Shown: piece after piece, positions 39,120 to 49,899 of the stretch
Layout of the letters: each line of letters begins with the position of its first letter
Position numbering within the stretch: position 1 is the first letter of the stretch
Assembly: GCA_963713865.1 (NCBI GenBank)
Contig: OY970208.1
Coordinates: 1 to 64,000, forward strand
Source: an uncultured candidate division Zixibacteria bacterium
Lineage (GTDB): Bacteria > Zixibacteria > MSB-5A5 > RBG-16-43-9
Direction of reading: 5' to 3'
Length of the DNA stretch: 64,000 nt
The notes under the pieces: model-generated
Seen by the model: only the letters and a program-made list of their open reading frames with translations
Databases searched by the model: none
What the model was told of the DNA's origin: nothing
Position numbers and translations under genes: made by a program

Positions 39120-42037
39120 CTTTTCAGCTTCCTCAACCTCTCCTTCGCATCCTCCACTTCCTTTATCCCCGGGTCAGCATTTTTCCAGATATCCAGAAAC
39201 TCCTCATATTTCTCAATCGCTTTCTTGTTCCAGCCGGATTTCTCATAAGCCAAGCCTAAAAGATAATAAGCTTTCACTGCTGTGGTACTCCATACTCTAT
39301 AATCATCATATCTTGAAAGTGCCGTTTCTAATTGAGTCACTGCCTCGTCCAGTCTGCCTATCTTCAAGTAAATTTCCGCAAGACGAAAACGAAGATAAAA
39401 AGAGGGAGTTGGTGAGTCCTTATATACTCTTGCTAAATAGATCAATGCGATGTTTGTGTCCCCCTTAGCTAACTCGATTTCGCCCAAAGTACTCCAGTAA
39501 GAAGACATCAAGGTTGAATCCTTTCCTTCAAGGTCCTTTTTCAGAGCCCGGGCAACCTCCTCAGCTTCGGCAATTTTTCCACTCTTGGCCAGAAGATAAG
39601 CGTAAGCATCCCTCCCATATACCGGGTCATCAGCTTTAGCCGTTTTGATAATTTCCATGCCTATTTTTGTTTCCTTTAGTGCTAAAGCCATCCTCTTCTG
39701 CTCTTCATAGATAGATGCCTTATAGAAATGCTTATAGGATTTCATCTCTCCTTCGACCTGTTCCATTCTGTCTCCGGCAATGCCGTCGTCTAAGACCTTG
39801 AGGGCGTCTTCGAATTTTCCCTGGTATAGGGGAACTAAAAACAAACATAATCTTCCAGTTGACCTCCAAGACCACTCATTGCTGGAAGAAAGCGCCTCAA
39901 AACAACTTTCTACTTTAACATAATCCTCTTTGAAAAGATACATACACCCCAGTTTGTACCTAGACTGATAGAAGTCTGGCTTTATATCCAACGCCTTTTT
40001 GTAAGACTCAATTGCTTGCTCAAGTTTGCCATTGTAGGCATAGAGGTCAGCTCTGGAATCATAAGGATTGGCTTCATCCGGTGCTAAGGAGATATATTTA
40101 TTGATAGCCCAGATGGATTTATCAAAATCTCCAACATCATTGTAGGCATAGGCAAGCCCATTATATGCATCCTTATAAAGAGAATCGATCTCAACGGCTT
40201 TACTAAGATAATGAATAGCTTCTTCAAACTTTCGCAATTTCTGATGAATTCCCCCTAACCTTAGAAATGCCTCCTTCTCATCCGGATAACTTTCTACTAA
40301 CTTTTGCAGTTCTTTAATCGACTGAGAATAATTACGTGATATATATGATTCAAGGGTTTTAATCTTAAGTTTCTCCTTCTGGGTCACCCTATCTGAATAT
40401 TTCGTGGCTTTAGTTAGCAATTCCTTAGCTGCCCTGTTATCGCCGTCATAATTTTTAATTATAGCCAACCTATGATATGCCATTGCAAAAGTGGAATCAT
40501 ATTCCAGAGCTTTCTTGAAACTTTTCTCTGCCTCTGTCCAGTAATATTTATTATAGTAGTCCATACCCTCCAGATAGTAACGATATGCCTCCTGCGAGCG
40601 GGTGGTAACATCTGCTACCGGTTTTTCCTCTTTCTGCTCGGCTGCAGTAGGGGGCGAAAGGTTTTTCCTGATCTCAACCGTTAGTTTATCAACTAAAGAA
40701 AATACATCCTCACTTTTCTCACCGGTGATTTTTTGCGACCCCCTTAGCTGCCCGCTTTTCACATCTACCAGTTGTGCAGTTACCACCATCCGCGGCTTGA
40801 CCTGGAGTATGCTCCCCAAAAGCATCCATCTGGCTCCTGCCCTTGTGGCTACTTCTGTCGCTACATTTCTGTCAATTAATTTAATTCCTTCTTTTCCCAA
40901 TAACTTCAGTATGTCATATAATCTCTGGCTGGAAACCACCTGCGCGGTTTGAGAAAGGTCTGCGATCAAAAGATTAGTTACTATCTCCCCTAATCTGTCC
41001 TTATCCTCTCTGTCCACAAGATTCTCAAAATACATAATGGCTAAAGAATTTTCCTTAGCTACTGCCCCCTTTTCCGGCGCAATCTCAAATTTGAAAGGTC
41101 TGAGAATCAAGAAAAGCAAAACCAGGATGAAAACCACTGAGGCAGGAATAACAATCGGAAGAACTTTCCTTTTGGGCTTGGGTGCAATCGCTTCTTTAGG
41201 AATCTGACCGGTCTTCAGATATTCCAGACTCTTTCTTTCCCTTCTCAAATCCGCTAACAATTCATCAGCGTGCTGATACCTCTCCTCTTTATCCTTGGCC
41301 AAGGCTTTGAAGACTATTCGTTCCAATTCTGCAGATACCTGGTTGTTAAACCTAACTGCTGGTTGTGGCTCCTCGTTAATTATTGAGTAGATAACAGCGG
41401 CTTGATGTTCTCCTGCGAAAGGCAATTTCCCGGTCAAAAGCTCATACAAAACCACTCCAAAGGAGAAAATATCGCTCCTCGAATCCACCTCTTCACCCTG
41501 AGCTTGTTCTGGTGACATATAGGCAAGGGTTCCTAAGGTTGAGCGAGTCTTGGTCAGCTTGGTGGCTCTCTTTAGTTTCGCCAAACCGAAATCCATTATC
41601 TTTACCTGCCCTCGGGGAGTAAGCATTATATTGTCCGATTTGATATCCCTGTGAACTATTCCCTTCTCATGAGCTATAGCTAAACCCTCACAAACCTGAA
41701 TACCGATATCTAAAACCTTCTTTACAGAAAGTGTCTCTTTTTCAATTATCTGTTTTAAAGTCTTACCTTCACAATATTCCATCACTATAAACATCTGCCC
41801 TTCAAATTCATCGATCTCGTGGATGGTAGTGATATTAGTATGACTTAAAGCTGAAGCTGCTTTGGCTTCGTGGATGAATCGTTCCTTCTCAACGGGCTCA
41901 GAGGTCAGATGCGGAGGTAAAAACTTCAAAGCCACCAAACGATCCAGTTTGGTATCTTGAGCTTTATAGACCACACCCATCCCACCTTCGCCCAGCTTCT
42001 CCAGAATTTTATAATGTGATATAACTTTACCAATCAT
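39113..42037 (-). CDS. Hanks-type Ser/Thr kinase with TM, TolB-like and TPR domains
   Basis: GEGGMGVV, VALK, HRDIKSDN, DFG, GTLAYMSPE; TM; SLAIMYFEN; many TPRs. Confidence 0.93.
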   Translation of the reverse strand: MIGKVISHYKILEKLGEGGMGVVYKAQDTKLDRLVALKFLPPHLTSEPVEKERFIHEAKAASALSHTNITTIHEIDEFEGQMFIVMEYCEGKTLKQIIEKETLSVKKVLDIGIQVCEGLAIAHEKGIVHRDIKSDNIMLTPRGQVKIMDFGLAKLKRATKLTKTRSTLGTLAYMSPEQAQGEEVDSRSDIFSFGVVLYELLTGKLPFAGEHQAAVIYSIINEEPQPAVRFNNQVSAELERIVFKALAKDKEERYQHADELLADLRRERKSLEYLKTGQIPKEAIAPKPKRKVLPIVIPASVVFILVLLFLILRPFKFEIAPEKGAVAKENSLAIMYFENLVDREDKDRLGEIVTNLLIADLSQTAQVVSSQRLYDILKLLGKEGIKLIDRNVATEVATRAGARWMLLGSILQVKPRMVVTAQLVDVKSGQLRGSQKITGEKSEDVFSLVDKLTVEIRKNLSPPTAAEQKEEKPVADVTTRSQEAYRYYLEGMDYYNKYYWTEAEKSFKKALEYDSTFAMAYHRLAIIKNYDGDNRAAKELLTKATKYSDRVTQKEKLKIKTLESYISRNYSQSIKELQKLVESYPDEKEAFLRLGGIHQKLRKFEEAIHYLSKAVEIDSLYKDAYNGLAYAYNDVGDFDKSIWAINKYISLAPDEANPYDSRADLYAYNGKLEQAIESYKKALDIKPDFYQSRYKLGCMYLFKEDYVKVESCFEALSSSNEWSWRSTGRLCLFLVPLYQGKFEDALKVLDDGIAGDRMEQVEGEMKSYKHFYKASIYEEQKRMALALKETKIGMEIIKTAKADDPVYGRDAYAYLLAKSGKIAEAEEVARALKKDLEGKDSTLMSSYWSTLGEIELAKGDTNIALIYLARVYKDSPTPSFYLRFRLAEIYLKIGRLDEAVTQLETALSRYDDYRVWSTTAVKAYYLLGLAYEKSGWNKKAIEKYEEFLDIWKNADPGIKEVEDAKERLRKLKSR

Positions 42038-42040
42038 TTT

Positions 42041-44647
42041 TTATTTTGTTTTTTCTTTTATTAATTCCTCAAACGCTGGATAACCAGTTAAATTCTTGTA
42101 CCAAGGGTGCAATTTTATGTATGCAGGACTGTAATAATTAATTTTCACCAAAAAATCCAGCATTTGCACTGCCTCTTCTTTTTGTCCGGTGAGCGAATAA
42201 ACGAAACTAAGAGGTAGAACAATGTCCCGCCCATATGCCCATTCAACAGTGAGCAGGAATTTCCCCAAACTCCTCCTCACTGTCTCTGCTTGCTCTAGAG
42301 CTTTTCTGGATTCTCCTTTTAATGCATAGGCTAAGGCTATTCTTAACCACTGATATATTCATTGGGCAGACCTTGAAATTCCTTGATTAAAGGTTGATTG
42401 AACTGGATACAGGAATCCAAATATATCTCCGCCTGATTCTTATCTCCTCTCATAAGTGCCAGGTAAGCCATTTCCTCAAAGTAATCTGATTCCGGGTTTT
42501 CACGGCGAGCTTCATTTAAGTAAAAAGAGGAACTGTCCTCCTTTCCTGACAACATAAAAATTTGCAGCCAAGTTCTCCAGTGCCCAACTCGAGTGCGGAT
42601 TTGTATTCAGCGCTTTATAGGCCATTCCTTTTGCTTGCTCCAACTCACCCCAGCGTATGTAGCAATCACTCATCTCAGAGTATGTAAACATATTGGGAGG
42701 TTGAACCTCCAATGCTTTGTTAAAATATTCCTCCGCCTTCTTCCTGTCTCCCCATAGTGAGTATAAATTTATCATATCCTCGAATAAGTAGGGTTCAGTA
42801 GGTTTCACCTCTAACGCTTTCACCAAAGCGCTTTCAGCTTTGGGATATTGACCAGTATTAATATACCAATGTCCCAAGGTCCTCCAGGCTTCTCCATAGT
42901 TGGGATTGGCTTTGACCGCTTTTTCTGCCTTTTGTATGGCTTTTTCGGTTTTCCCCTCGGTCCAGTATAGCCTGGAGAGAGCGCGATGAGCCTCAGCTAA
43001 ATTCGGGTCAAGAGCTAATGCCCTTAATCCAGATTTTTCAGCTTTCTCAAACCAGGATTTCTTGGGGTCGACAAGGGCCCCCACATAGCTGGAATAGCAG
43101 TCCGATAAACCGGCGTAGGCCAACGCAAAATTGGAATCAGTTTCCAAAGCTTTCTCAAACATCCTGGTTGATAGCTCAAGACCTTCTGCGTTAGACCATC
43201 CACTCCAATATTCTTCACGTCCCTGCAAATAATAGTTGTAGGCTTGCACATTCTGAGTGGGTTTTTTTTCAATCCTTTCCACTTCAATCGGAGCAAGGGC
43301 GACCTTCAATGCTTGAGCTACTGCCTTGGCTACATCTGCCTGAATGGCAAACAAATCCTCCATCTGCCTATCATAACTTTCTGCCCAAACGTGGAATCCA
43401 TCACTGGCTTTAATCAACTGGCAGGCGATCCTAATCTTTTCTCCGTATTTGCGGACAGATCCTTCCATTACGTAGTTAACCTTTAACTTGTCCGCTACCT
43501 CTCTAAGCTTGACCGTTTTACCCTTGAACTCCTCAACATCACTTCTGGAAAGTACTCGCAAACCCCCTATTTTGGATAACTGGGTGATAATATCTTCAGT
43601 CATTCCAGCCGCAAAATATTCATCCTCTTTGTTCTCGGAGAGATTCTGTAAATAAAGCACTGCTATAGAAGGTTTGCCAGAAACAGTAGGCGGCTCTTTT
43701 TGTTTCAGAAATGCAAAGTAAACTATTATCAGAATCAAAATTCCCAATACCCCAATCAACAATGGAATAGTCTTCCTTTTAACTACCTTTGGAGGCTCGG
43801 CTGGTTTTGTTGTTACGCCAGTTTTAACATACTCCAAATTCTTCCTCTCTTTTCTCAAATCTGCTAACAATTCATCAGCGTGTTGATACCTCTCCTCTTC
43901 ATCCTTGGCTAAGGCTTTGAAGACCATATCCTCTAACTTGGTGGAAACCTGATTGTTGAAACGGGCTATTGGCTGTGGTTCTTCGTTAATGATGGAATAG
44001 ATAACGGCTGCCTGATGCTCACCAGCAAAAGGCAATTTCCCGGTCAAAAGCTCATATAGAACAACTCCAAAAGAAAAAATATCGCTTCTCTGATCTACTT
44101 CTTCACCTTGAGCCTGCTCAGGTGACATATAGGCAAGAGTTCCTAAGGTCGATCGAGTCTTGGTCAGCTTAGTAGCTCCCTTTAGTTTCGCCAGCCCGAA
44201 ATCCATTATCTTCACCTGACCACGAGGTGTAAGCATTATGTTGTCTGATTTTATATCACGATGGACTATCTCCTTCTTGTGAGCGGCGGTTAAACCTTCA
44301 CAAACCTGAATTCCGATGTCTAAAACCTTCTTTATAGAAAGTGTCTCTTTTTCAATCATCTGTTTTAAAGTTCTACCTTCGCAGTATTCCATCACTATAA
44401 ACATCTGCCCTTCGAATTCATCAATCTCGTGGATGGTGGTGATGTTAGGATGATTCAAGGCAGAAGCAGACTGAGCCTCGTGGATAAAGCGTTCTTTTTC
44501 TTCTCCACTTTCGGAAATGTGAGGAGGCAGAAATTTCAAAGCCACGGTGCGTTTTAGCTTGGTGTCCTCTGCCTTGTAGACCACACCCATACCACCCTCA
44601 CCTAACTTTTCTAAAATCTTATAATGTGAGATTGTTTTACCTATCAT
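42041..44647 (-). CDS. Hanks-type Ser/Thr kinase with TM, TolB-like and TPR domains (two apparent frameshifts near C-terminus)
   Basis: Same kinase motifs; SIAVLYLQNLS...EYFAAGMTEDII; continues in ORFs 42343-42555 and 42041-42280. Confidence 0.88.
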
Positions 44648-44659
44648 CTTTTATCCTTG

Positions 44660-44729
44660 GTAGCCGCAGACTTTAGTCTGCACTTTTATTTCTTTCAATA
44701 ACCAAACGCAAGCTAAAGCTTGCGGCTAC
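44660..44729. repeat. REP doublet family E
   Basis: GTAGCCGCAGACTTTAGTCTGC ... GCAAGCTAAAGCTTGCGGCTAC. Confidence 0.85.
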
Positions 44730-44734
44730 AGTGC

Positions 44735-46219
44735 TTATCCTTCCGGCTTCATCTGAGGGAAAAATATTACATCCCGTATAGAGGTGGAATTGGTAAAGAG
44801 CATTACTAATCTGTCAATCCCGACACCCAGTCCACCCGTAGGTGGCATTCCATATTCCATAGCTTTCAGGAAATCCTCATCTAATACCTGCGCCTCTTCA
44901 TCTCCCATCTGCTTGAACTTAGCCTGTTGTTCAAACCTTTCCCTTTGGTCCAGAGGGTCATTCAATTCAGAAAAAGCATTCATCAGCTCAAATCCGGCAA
45001 TAAAACCTTCAAACCTCTCAGTCAAGCCTTCTTTTTCACGATGTTTTTTAGCAAAAGGAGACATCTCCAAAGGATAATCTAATATAAAAGTCGGCTGAAT
45101 CAGATTTGGCTGAACTTTTTCATCGAAGATCGACTCTATAACCTTACCAATCCGGATAGAAGGCTCGCTTTTCAACCCTAAATCCTGGGCAAATTCCCTT
45201 ATCTTTTTTTCTTCTTCTCCAATGAGATTTTCTCCAGTAAACTTCTCAATCGATTCCCAGAAGGAAATCCTTCTCCAGGGAGGAGATAAATCGATTTCGT
45301 TATCTTGAAATTTTATCTTACTGGACTGAAAATTTTCCTGCGAGATGAAGTTGAAAAGCTTCTCGCAGAGCTCCATTATATCATTATAATCCGCATAAGC
45401 CTGATACAATTCCAGCATCGAGAATTCAGGGTTATGATTTTTATCCATCCCTTCGTTCCTGAAATCCTTGCAAACCTCATACACCTTTTCAAGTCCACCA
45501 ATGATTAACCTTTTCAAGTAAAGCTCATCTGCAATCCTTAAATACAAATCTATATCTAAGGCATTATGATGGGTGATAAAAGGTCTGGCAAAAGCACCAC
45601 CATAGATTGGCTGTAAAATTGGAGTCTCAACTTCTAAAAATCCCTGGTTGTCTAAAAATTTTCTCATCGAGGTTAAGATTTTAGTCCTCAGAACAAAAGT
45701 GTTTTTCACGTCAGGATTAGTAATCAAGTCCAAATACCTCTGTCTGTATCGAAGTTCTTTATCTTGTAATCCATGCCATTTTTCAGGAAGAGGATGTAAA
45801 GATTTTGAGAGAAGCTGAAAATCCTTTGCCCGGATAGTTTTCTCACCGGTTTTGGTCAGGAAAACTTTCCCTGTAACCCCGATAAAATCCCCAAGATCGA
45901 AAAGCTCAAACAGCTTATATTTCTCCTCCCCCACCTCATCTAACTTAACATATACCTGAATCTTTCCCTCACTGTCCAGCAGGTGAAAGAAAAGACTCTT
46001 ACCATGAGATCTTAAGGAGATTATCCTGCCACAAGCTTTAACTTCCCTATCTTCAGTTTGCAGTTTCTCAAAATTATCCAGGATTTCTTTAGAGATATGT
46101 GTTCTTTTAAAGAGATAAGGATATGGATTGATATTCTTCTCTTTCAGGGTTTTGAGTTTTTCCCGTCGATGTAAAAGTAGTTCGCTTAACTCTTGTTCTG
46201 ATTTAGGTTGTTCGGACAA
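44735..46219 (-). CDS. lysS: lysine--tRNA ligase (class II)
   Basis: PLPEKWHGL, RYRQRYLDL, FRNEG, HNPEF, YGMPPTGGLGVGIDRL. Confidence 0.97.
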   Translation of the reverse strand: MSEQPKSEQELSELLLHRREKLKTLKEKNINPYPYLFKRTHISKEILDNFEKLQTEDREVKACGRIISLRSHGKSLFFHLLDSEGKIQVYVKLDEVGEEKYKLFELFDLGDFIGVTGKVFLTKTGEKTIRAKDFQLLSKSLHPLPEKWHGLQDKELRYRQRYLDLITNPDVKNTFVLRTKILTSMRKFLDNQGFLEVETPILQPIYGGAFARPFITHHNALDIDLYLRIADELYLKRLIIGGLEKVYEVCKDFRNEGMDKNHNPEFSMLELYQAYADYNDIMELCEKLFNFISQENFQSSKIKFQDNEIDLSPPWRRISFWESIEKFTGENLIGEEEKKIREFAQDLGLKSEPSIRIGKVIESIFDEKVQPNLIQPTFILDYPLEMSPFAKKHREKEGLTERFEGFIAGFELMNAFSELNDPLDQRERFEQQAKFKQMGDEEAQVLDEDFLKAMEYGMPPTGGLGVGIDRLVMLFTNSTSIRDVIFFPQMKPEG

Positions 46220-46267
46220 TTTTCATTCTCCTTTATGATAAATTCTTAATAATTAATCTTCTGTTGA

Positions 46268-46296
46268 AATATAAAGAAAAGGGAATGAGGTGTCAA
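46268..46296 (-). promoter_or_regulatory. sigma70-type promoter of lysS
   Basis: Minus strand TTGACA-17 nt-TATATT. Confidence 0.6.
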
Positions 46297-46310
46297 GGGG
46301 GACAGAAAAT

Positions 46311-46380
46311 AATGACAAATAACAAATGACAGATGACGAATAAAAGATTAAAAATGATGGATGATGGATTAAAAATAGAT
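46311..46380. repeat. degenerate heptamer tandem repeat (10 units)
   Basis: aatgaca aataaca aatgaca gatgacg aataaaa gattaaa aatgatg gatgatg gattaaa aatagat. Confidence 0.7.
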
Positions 46381-46612
46381 CCCCTCTCCTTCAGGAGATG
46401 GTCAGGTTGAAAATCCCGCCATAGGCGGGGGTGAGGTCAATTTGTAGCGTCCATCTGGACGAAAAAAAACGTTTGGGATAAACCCAGACGCTACATTTTT
46501 GCGACTCTTAAAGAGTCTGGCTGGAGCAGGAGTTCAACTCCTGCTCCAAGATGTGGACAGAACACTGTTCTGTCCCTACAAATATTCTTGCGACCTTAAA
46601 AGGTCGCACTAC
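46381..46612. repeat. multi-family REP cluster downstream of sdhB
   Basis: CCCCTCTCC..GGGGTGAGG with nested CCCGCCATAGGCGGG; family D 46444-46494; GGAG hairpin 46521-46549; family A 46555-46579; family F 46589-46612. Confidence 0.85.
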
Positions 46613-46621
46613 AAATTATGG

Positions 46622-47317
46622 CTAATACTTCTTAAACACCGTCTTCATCTTCAACCGGGCAATGGCGCCGCTCGGATCTAAATCCTTGGGACAAACCTTC
46701 TGGCAGTTAAAGACGGTATGGCATCTAAAGACCCCGTTTTCTCTGGCGACAACCGCAATCCTTTCTTTTGCACCTCCATCCCTGGAATCATCCACAAATC
46801 TCAAAGCTTTTAGCAGAGCATGAGGTCCTAAATAGTTTTCATCTTTCCCCGCAACGGGGCAGGAGCCATAACAGGCACCGCATAAAATACAATCCAGCCA
46901 GGCATCGATCCTTTTCCTCTGTTCGATCGACTGAATATACTCCTTCTGGGGTGGGGTTTCCTTAGGGATAAAATATGGCTTGATCTCATTGAAATGCTCA
47001 AAAAAAGGACCTAAATCTGCTACTAAATCTTTCAAGATCGGAAGATGAGATAAAGGTCTTAAAGTGATCTTATCTCCCATTACCGAGATCTGGGTTTTGC
47101 AGGCTAAGCGGTACATATCATTTATGTGCATAGCGCAGGAGCCGCATACCGCTTCCCGGCAGGAAGCCCGGTAAGCTACGGACGGATCCATGTTCTCATT
47201 TATATAGATCAATCCTTCTAAGATCGTCATCCCTTTCTCTGGCTCAAATTTATAATTCTGAAAATAAGGCTCCCCCCCTTTATCCGGATCGTATCTAAAG
47301 ATATTGAATTCAACCAT
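46622..47317 (-). CDS. sdhB: succinate dehydrogenase/fumarate reductase Fe-S subunit
   Basis: SCREAVCGSC, CILCGACYGSCP, CHTVFNCQKVCP. Confidence 0.95.
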   Translation of the reverse strand: MVEFNIFRYDPDKGGEPYFQNYKFEPEKGMTILEGLIYINENMDPSVAYRASCREAVCGSCAMHINDMYRLACKTQISVMGDKITLRPLSHLPILKDLVADLGPFFEHFNEIKPYFIPKETPPQKEYIQSIEQRKRIDAWLDCILCGACYGSCPVAGKDENYLGPHALLKALRFVDDSRDGGAKERIAVVARENGVFRCHTVFNCQKVCPKDLDPSGAIARLKMKTVFKKY

Positions 47318-47318
47318 A

Positions 47319-49019
47319 TTAATATTTCCTCTCCTCGGGTTTATATTTGGTTATCTTGACCGGTGAATAATCCAAACGCGGTCCGGTCTCGGCGAAATAG
47401 GTTAAAGTATGTTTGAGCCAGTTGGCATCATCCCTGGTCTTGAAATCGCTTCGGAAATGAGAACCACGGCTCTCCTTGCGGGTCAAAGCCCCTGAAGCAA
47501 TCGCTTCAGCCACATCCAGGTTCCCTTTCATATCATAAAAACCTATGATATCGTAATTATACCTTTTACCGTTAAAAGCCGGTTTGAGCTTTTTTGATCT
47601 TTCTTTAAGTTCTTTGACCTGCTCCAGGCCTTTAGCCATATCCTGTTCATTTCTGAAAATCCCCAATTTATCCACCATCACCTGTGAGAGCTCACTTTTA
47701 ATCTTATAAGGATTCCCCTCACCCGTTCCTTTTTTCCACTGGGCAACCCGGCTTTCCTCTCTTCTCGAAGCCTCTTCCAACACCTTTATTTTTGGTCCCT
47801 TCTCTTTATCCTTCACATATTCGGAAGCTTTCTTACCAGCTCTGGAACCATAGACGATAGTATCTAAAAGGGAGTTCCCACCCAAGCGGTTTGCCCCGTG
47901 CATACTCACACAGGCACATTCACCAGCTGCATATAACCCTTTCATCCTGCAGGCACCATCGATATCCGTGTCTATTCCACCCATACTGTAATGCGTGCCT
48001 GGAGTTATAGGTATAGGCTCATCGATTGGATCTATCCCGATGAAGTTTAAACATATATCCCTTATCCCGGGCAGCCTCTCCATAATCTTGGCAGCACCTA
48101 AATGCCGTAAATCTAAATGGATTGAGCCATCCGGAAATCCTCTCCCCTGGAGTATCTCTGTCTGGATCGACCGCGAAACTATGTCTCTGGGACCTAACTC
48201 CATCACCGTCTCCGAAACATAATTTTTCATAAACCTTTCACCCTTATTATTGATCAGATAACCACCCTCTCCCCGGCAACCTTCAGTCATAAGAATATGA
48301 GATTTGGCTAAACTGGTAGGATGAAACTGCACGAACTCCATATCTTTTAAAGGGACGCCTGCCCAGTAAGGGGCTGCCATTGCCAGACCGGTATTGGTCA
48401 GGGCATTGGTGGTATTTGAATAGATTCTGCCGATACCTCCAGTACCGAAGATAACCGCATTAGCACCCATTGGAACCAACTCTCCGGAATCAGGATCATA
48501 AGCTATAACTCCATAACAATTATCTCCGTCCGCACCTAAAGCAAAGACCACCCATTCCTCATAAACCCTGACCTTCTCCTTGATAATCTGTTCATATAGA
48601 GTCTGCAGCAAATATAAACCGGTTTTATCGGTCGCATAACAGGTACGGGGGTATCCTGCACCTCCAAAGGGTCGCTGTGCGACTTTCCCTTCAGGGGTTC
48701 GGCTAAAAGGACAACCCCAGTGCTCCATCTCAAAAATAGTCTCAGGTCCTTGATAAGTCAAATACTCTGATGCATCCTGATCAGCTAAGAAATCGCTTCC
48801 TTTTATCGTGTCAAAGGCATGTTTGTCAATCGTATCATCCTTTCCCTTCTCCACATTGGCTAAAGCCGCATTTATTCCGCCTTGTGCTTCGCCCGAATGC
48901 GATCTCATCGGATGGACCCGGGATATTATAGCCACATCCTTGACCTTCTTGGCCGCTTCTATTGCCGCTCTCATCCCGGCTAACCCCCCACCTACTATTA
49001 ATATTTCATGAAATATCAT
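47319..49019 (-). CDS. sdhA: succinate dehydrogenase/fumarate reductase flavoprotein
   Basis: GGGLAG, RSHSGEAQGGI, QFHPT, TEGCRGEGG, HGANRLGGNSL; ATG at 49019 after purine-rich RBS. Confidence 0.95.
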   Translation of the reverse strand: MIFHEILIVGGGLAGMRAAIEAAKKVKDVAIISRVHPMRSHSGEAQGGINAALANVEKGKDDTIDKHAFDTIKGSDFLADQDASEYLTYQGPETIFEMEHWGCPFSRTPEGKVAQRPFGGAGYPRTCYATDKTGLYLLQTLYEQIIKEKVRVYEEWVVFALGADGDNCYGVIAYDPDSGELVPMGANAVIFGTGGIGRIYSNTTNALTNTGLAMAAPYWAGVPLKDMEFVQFHPTSLAKSHILMTEGCRGEGGYLINNKGERFMKNYVSETVMELGPRDIVSRSIQTEILQGRGFPDGSIHLDLRHLGAAKIMERLPGIRDICLNFIGIDPIDEPIPITPGTHYSMGGIDTDIDGACRMKGLYAAGECACVSMHGANRLGGNSLLDTIVYGSRAGKKASEYVKDKEKGPKIKVLEEASRREESRVAQWKKGTGEGNPYKIKSELSQVMVDKLGIFRNEQDMAKGLEQVKELKERSKKLKPAFNGKRYNYDIIGFYDMKGNLDVAEAIASGALTRKESRGSHFRSDFKTRDDANWLKHTLTYFAETGPRLDYSPVKITKYKPEERKY

Positions 49020-49035
49020 CTTTCCTCTCTCCTTT

Positions 49036-49440
49036 TTAGTGTGCCAGAACCCTGGGGACAAATACGACCACCGTGATCACCATCACCAGTAAAAATATTA
49101 TCATTGCCACCCATAAAAGCCCTTTATGCTGTTTGGTCATAAAGAAAAAGTCAGCTATGGTTATCCTTAATCCATTCAACAGATGAAAAGCCACTGCCCC
49201 GACCAAGAAGATCTCCAGAAAATGAAACAGGGGAGTCTGAACGGATTTAGTCCAGAAGTCAAACTTTTCAGTTGAGCCGGTTAGAAAATAAGAGCTGGTG
49301 ACTAAGAAATGAGGAAAAAGATATAAGAAAAGCACTACCCCGGCTATCCGGTGTAAAAACCAGGACCAGGTACCCACATTCGGGTTTAAGTTAATCTCTT
49401 TGAAATAATGCCCTATTAAACCAGGTTTTTTATTATACAT
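49036..49440 (-). CDS. sdhC: succinate dehydrogenase cytochrome b subunit
   Basis: WFLHRIAGV, FHLLNGLRI; three TM helices. Confidence 0.88.
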   Translation of the reverse strand: MYNKKPGLIGHYFKEINLNPNVGTWSWFLHRIAGVVLFLYLFPHFLVTSSYFLTGSTEKFDFWTKSVQTPLFHFLEIFLVGAVAFHLLNGLRITIADFFFMTKQHKGLLWVAMIIFLLVMVITVVVFVPRVLAH

Positions 49441-49442
49441 CT

Positions 49443-49805
49443 TCAGGCTCCTTTTCTCAAAAGTTGATTAACTGCCAGATACCCATAGATGCACATAAAT
49501 ATACCCACTATCCAGAGCAGAACTTTAATCCCTTTGCCTGCACCTTTAGAAGGGCGGTAATCTTCAATTATCCCCCAGAAACCGTTAAAACCGTGAAAAA
49601 TCGCAACCGGCACAAAAAATAGGTAGAAGATCTGCCACCAGGTACTGGAATGAAGCCTGTCTGTTACCACCTGAAAATCCAGGTGCCATTTATCCGTCAG
49701 GTGAAGCACCTTAAGGTGCATAATCAGGAAGAAAGCCAGGAAAAGCCCGGTGATCCTCTGAAGGAACCATCCATAAGCCCCGCCTGAACTTACCCTTTCA
49801 TCCAT
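49443..49805 (-). CDS. sdhD: succinate dehydrogenase hydrophobic anchor subunit
   Basis: WFLQRITG, FHGFNGFWGIIEDY. Confidence 0.88.
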   Translation of the reverse strand: MDERVSSGGAYGWFLQRITGLFLAFFLIMHLKVLHLTDKWHLDFQVVTDRLHSSTWWQIFYLFFVPVAIFHGFNGFWGIIEDYRPSKGAGKGIKVLLWIVGIFMCIYGYLAVNQLLRKGA

Positions 49806-49899
49806 AGAGGAACTCCTTTTTAAAAGTTTGTTACTTTTATCACAAATTGTCTTAATTTACATTTTTCCTTTTCCAAAAGTCAACAAAAAAATAAAAAAA

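Noticed and set aside
38948-39468. Plus-strand ORFs of 103 and 161 aa
   Set aside because: Antisense to the kinase and running through repeats; shadow ORFs like most short opposite-strand ORFs in the track.
49019-49061. SdhC-SdhA fusion if the GGTTCTGG at ~49045 were another +1 error
   Set aside because: sdhA has its own RBS and ATG, and sdhC ends at a normal length.
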